Below are positions 23,833 through 24,496 of a stretch of DNA of 24,496 bases, piece after piece. Under the pieces are notes generated by a model. It was not told the origin of the DNA. It saw only the letters and a list, made by a program, of their open reading frames with translations, and did not search any database. Made by a program: the position numbers and the translations under genes. How positions within the stretch are numbered: the stretch's first letter is position 1; the number at the start of each line of letters is the position of its first letter. The DNA is from a virus. Its lineage: Duplodnaviria; Caudoviricetes. The stretch spans positions 1 through 24,496 of IMG/VR virus record IMGVR_UViG_3300008255_000460. One strand, written 5' to 3'.

Positions 23833-24496
23833 CAGGCACACAACTAGCCGCGCTAATCCGCCACTACACAAAATCCACCACTACCACCTACCCGGACGCA
23901 ACCATGCTGGTGGACGTAAACAATGTCAAAAACGAGCTGGCGTCTTTGCTGACTCTACGTAAGAACACGTTCTTTATCATTCCATCCACTGATGATCTGG
24001 TAGCGAACCAGCGAGAATACGCATGGCCATCCGATGTTTTGAATAACCTAATCATGGTGGAGGCTGACTTTGACGGCGATGGTGGATTTATTCAACTCGA
24101 GCCGTACAGAATTGCTGAATATAAGCACGGCCTTACGGAAACGAATATAACCAATGACTTCTCCAATAACGAAGGCGAAGCTCGCTACTTCCGCCGCCGC
24201 CGCGCAATCTACATTCTGAGTGGAACTATCTCTGCTGTTACTGACGGATTGCGGGTGACCTATCGAGCCTTCCCCGCAGACTTGGCAAACTTAAGCGGTG
24301 GTACGGATTTAGGGGTTGATCCATCGACTACCACCTTTGGCATGCCACTACAGCTCCATGAGCTTTGGGCCCGGCGTGTTTCAGTCATCTATAAAAGCTC
24401 CAAGCCAAAGCCACTACCTCTTTCTAAGCTCGAAGAAGATTACGAAAAAGACTTGAACATAATCCTCAACGCCATGAGTCATGAGGACTATTCCGA
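23829..24496 (+). CDS. Probable head-tail adaptor (partial, runs off the window)
   Basis: ATGA overlap; frame open to the end; MTGTQLAALIRHYT...DLVANQREYAWPSD...PLQLHELWA. Not in the ORF track. Confidence 0.65.
   Translation, partial: MTGTQLAALIRHYTKSTTTTYPDATMLVDVNNVKNELASLLTLRKNTFFIIPSTDDLVANQREYAWPSDVLNNLIMVEADFDGDGGFIQLEPYRIAEYKHGLTETNITNDFSNNEGEARYFRRRRAIYILSGTISAVTDGLRVTYRAFPADLANLSGGTDLGVDPSTTTFGMPLQLHELWARRVSVIYKSSKPKPLPLSKLEEDYEKDLNIILNAMSHEDYS

Noticed and set aside
1-24496. Stop-codon reassignment
   Set aside because: Conserved genes are full length under code 11, and both TGA (ATGA overlaps) and TAG end genes at sensible boundaries.
1-24496. CRISPR array, DGR, integrase or IS element
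   Set aside because: No regularly spaced repeats, reverse transcriptase, recombinase or transposase motifs were seen; the Cas4-like nuclease sits in a recombination context.

Overview
A 24.5-kb segment of a tailed dsDNA phage (Caudoviricetes, P22/N4-like podovirus structural module) with all credible genes on the + strand. Order: end of a holin-like gene; a small GC-rich cassette of two Shine-Dalgarno-led zinc-finger genes; HNH endonuclease; 3D-domain protein; about 400 nt of structured non-coding sequence; early and recombination genes (KGG-motif peptide, lysozyme-like protein, putative annealase, PD-(D/E)XK nuclease, NinG-like, HU); probable TerS; an island with structured RNA, RtcB RNA ligase and a SAM methyltransferase; TerL; peptide deformylase; portal; scaffold; N4-gp56-type major capsid; virion proteins; cysteine peptidase; head-tail adaptor. 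No integrase, classical repressor or replication protein is visible. The most unusual content is regulatory and non-coding: a 10-bp operator (AAGCGAACGG) in the spacer of four promoters, DnaA-box-like AAGTTATCCAC motifs before promoters, leaderless genes, a GGTCG leader motif instead of SD, three boxA-like sites (one in a nut-like leader before the capsid operon), and two promoter-driven RNAs with A-B-A'-B' pairing. A Patescibacteria (CPR) host is my inference from these signals and gene content. All protein calls come from motif reading only; no searches were run.
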